Of a DNA stretch of 64,000 nucleotides, positions 61,251-64,000 are shown in pieces. A program made the position numbers and the translations under genes. Each line of letters begins with the position of its first letter. The stretch's first letter is position 1. The stretch comes from Squalus acanthias (taxonomy: Eukaryota). Where the stretch lies: NCBI GenBank assembly GCA_030390025.1, contig CM059431.1, positions 128,280,001-128,344,000 on the forward strand, written 5' to 3'. Under the pieces are notes generated by a model that saw only the letters and a program-made list of their open reading frames with translations, searched no databases and had not been told where the DNA came from.

Positions 61251-62654
61251 TGACATTTTATTTCCAGGTTTTTAAAATCAAATTAAAATTGACATGGTGG
61301 CATTTGAGCTCATGTTGTTGGACTATTATTCCAGGCCGCTGGATTACTAATCCAATAATATAACCACTACACAACCGTACCTGTAAATTTGAGGAGGAAA
61401 GAGCCCAGAAGAACGGTAATTCATGAAAGCAGAAGAAAAACATTCCGAACAATTTTCCCAGATGGTATGACCCTCTAAACATACAAGACTGAATCAAATA
61501 ATATTAGCCTGTGTTTTCTTCATCAAAACATAGGCTGGCAGATTTTTGGGGCACATGACCTGTCGCTTCAATAACATAATGCCATGTAACTAGTATCAAG
61601 CACTGTGCACCTCATTACAGGTCAAAGGTAATAGGCAGCATCCTGGATACTGAGATTCAATTGTTACTGGCTACAAAACTCTCAACCATTTTCACATTTT
61701 TCGGGCCTAAAATCAGAGCAACTCTCATGACTGGCCAGAAAATTGAGTCAGAAGCCATTTCCACCAGTTTTCTGCCCCAAAAATAAAGCGCCAGAATTTC
61801 CACGTGATTTGGCCCTTCCTGCCTTGTACCTTCTGAATCCCCAAGCACCTAATTAACATATATTAAAATGATGGTGCTGCAGCTCTGAATTTCCTGGTTT
61901 TACAATCTATGAGGGGTAAGTTAAAATGAGAAATATAAGGTGCAGCTATTGTCAGAATCATCTGTGACTGCTGGAAGTGAGGAATCGTTGAGCCTAAAGA
62001 TATCTGAAATGTTTCAGTAGCGATTACTGCAGCTCAGAATGACTATTTGGAGGGATTTTCTTTTTTTGATTTAAGCCTAGGAAGCATTGAACTTGCTTTT
62101 GACTGCCAGCAGGAGTATGAAACCACTGGAATATTTTGAACCTCCTCCGCACTCCCCTTCACAGCTGCAGGTATGACATTTGCTCTGAGCATATCTAAAT
62201 AATTCATTGTCATGGAGGAAAAGATGGAAGAGCAGGAGAGGATGGAAGAAGGGAGAGTGAGGCATCATTTAAGGAGGATGCACTCAACAAGAAATGAGTT
62301 CCAGCTCAAAGAATATACAGGCAGCATAGAAGCATAGAATCATACAACAAGGTAGGCCATTCGGCCCATTGTGCCTGTGCCGGCTCTTTGAAAGCTATCC
62401 AATTAGTCGCACTCCTCTGCTCTTTCCCCATGGCCCTGTAAATTTTTCTTTTTCAAGTATATATGCAATTCCCTTTTCAAAATTACAATTGAATCAGCTT
62501 CCACCACCCTTTCAGGCAGTGCACTCCAGATCATACTAACTCACGGAGTAAAAATAATTCTCCTCATCTCCCCTCTGAGAGATGAGGAGAAATTGGAAAC
62601 ATATGTCCTATGAAGGTTGAGGAGATGTGCATTAGAAGAGTGTACTTCACAAAA

Positions 62655-64000
62655 GAGTCATAGTCATAGATAGAGTCATAGAGTTATACAGCACAGAAAG
62701 AAGCCCTTCGGCCCATCGTGTCCGCGCCGGCCATCAAGCCCTATCTATTCTAATCCCATTTTCCAGCACTTGGTCCGTAGCCTTGTATGCTATGGCGTTT
62801 CAAGTGCTCATCTAAATGCTTCTTGAATGTTATAAGGGTTCCTGCCTCTACCACCCTTTCAGGCAGTGAGTTCCAGATTCCAACCACCCTCTGGGTGAAA
62901 AAGTTTTTCCTCAAATCCCCTCTAAACCGTCTGCCCCTCACCTTGAAACTATGCCCCCTGGTTATTGACCCCTCTACTAAGAGGAAAAGTTCCTTTCTAT
63001 CTACCCTCTCTATGGCCCTCATAATTTTGTACACCTCAATCAGATGCCCCCTCAGCCTCCACTGCTCTAACGAAAACAACCCCAGCCTGTCCAGTCTCTC
63101 TTCATAGCTGAAGCACTCCAGCCCAGGTAACATCCTGATTAATCTCCTCTGCACCCCCGCCAATGCAATCACATCCTTCCTACAGTGTGGCGACCAGAAC
63201 TGCACACAGTATTCCAGCTGTGGCCTAACTAGCATTTTGTACAGCTCCATCATAACCTCCCTGCTCTTATATTCTATGCCTCGGCTAATGAAGGCAAGTA
63301 TCCCATATGCCTTTTTAACCACCTTATCTACCTGTCCTGCTGCCTTCAGGGATCTATGTACATGCACACCACGGTCCCTCTGATCCTCTGTCATCCCTAG
63401 GATCCTACCATTCATGGTGTATTTCCTTGCCTTGTTAGTCCTCCCAAAATGCATCACCTCACACTTTTCAGGGTTAAATTCCATTTGCCACTGTTCTGCC
63501 CATCTGACCAACCCGTCTATATTGTCCTGTAGCCTGAGTCTTCCCTCCTCGCCATTTACCACCCCACCAATTTTTGTGTCATCTGCGAACGTACTGATCA
63601 TACCTCATACATTCATATCTAAATCATTAATGTACACTACCAACAGCAAAGGACCCAGTACCAATCCCTGCAGTACACCACTGGACACAGGCTTCCAGTC
63701 ACAAAAACAACCTTCATCCATCACCCTCTGCCTCCTGCCACTAAGCCCCTTTTGGATCCAATGTGCCAATTTGCCCTGGATCCCATGGGCTTTTGCCTTC
63801 TTGTCCAGTCTCCCATGCGGGACTTTGTCAAAAGCCTTACTGAAGTCCATGTAGACTACATCAACTGCACTACCCTCATCCACACACCTAGTCACCCCCT
63901 CGAAAAATTCAATTATGTTGGTTAGACATGATCTCCCCCTGACAAAGCCATGCTGACTATTCTTGATTAATCCTTGCCTCTCCAAGTGGAGACCAATTCT
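62655..64000 (-). mobile_element. CR1 LINE RT to tail, running off the window; same subfamily as 54050-56350
   Basis: ORFs 62750..63601 and 63605..63985; shared residues HWIQKGLSGRRQRV and MISTFADDTK. Confidence 0.93.

Overview
Eukaryotic, almost entirely repeat-derived DNA whose repeat content (HE1/V-type and Deu-type SINEs, several CR1 families, RTE, L2, Penelope, many PIF/Harbinger elements) points to a cartilaginous fish (shark-like) intron or intergenic region. No host protein-coding gene can be confidently called; two weak candidate exons are noted. Nearly all long ORFs are LINE reverse transcriptase, Penelope GIY-YIG or Harbinger transposase/Myb-SANT fragments, or their antisense shadows. 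Many insertions are nested and resolvable by target-site duplications (TSDs). The most notable signals: (1) a small two-LTR Gypsy derivative (17329-18631) with no tRNA-type PBS, whose PBS position is instead a perfect 12-nt complement of a segment of its own LTR (possible self-priming); (2) minimal hammerhead-ribozyme motifs in Penelope tails, with compensatory changes between copies; (3) a near-complete two-gene Harbinger with an open three-exon Myb gene and a perfect 9x22-bp subterminal array built on a 10-bp palindrome; (4) several solo LTRs, one with mismatched flanks. All coordinates were read by eye, and no alignment or database search was run.
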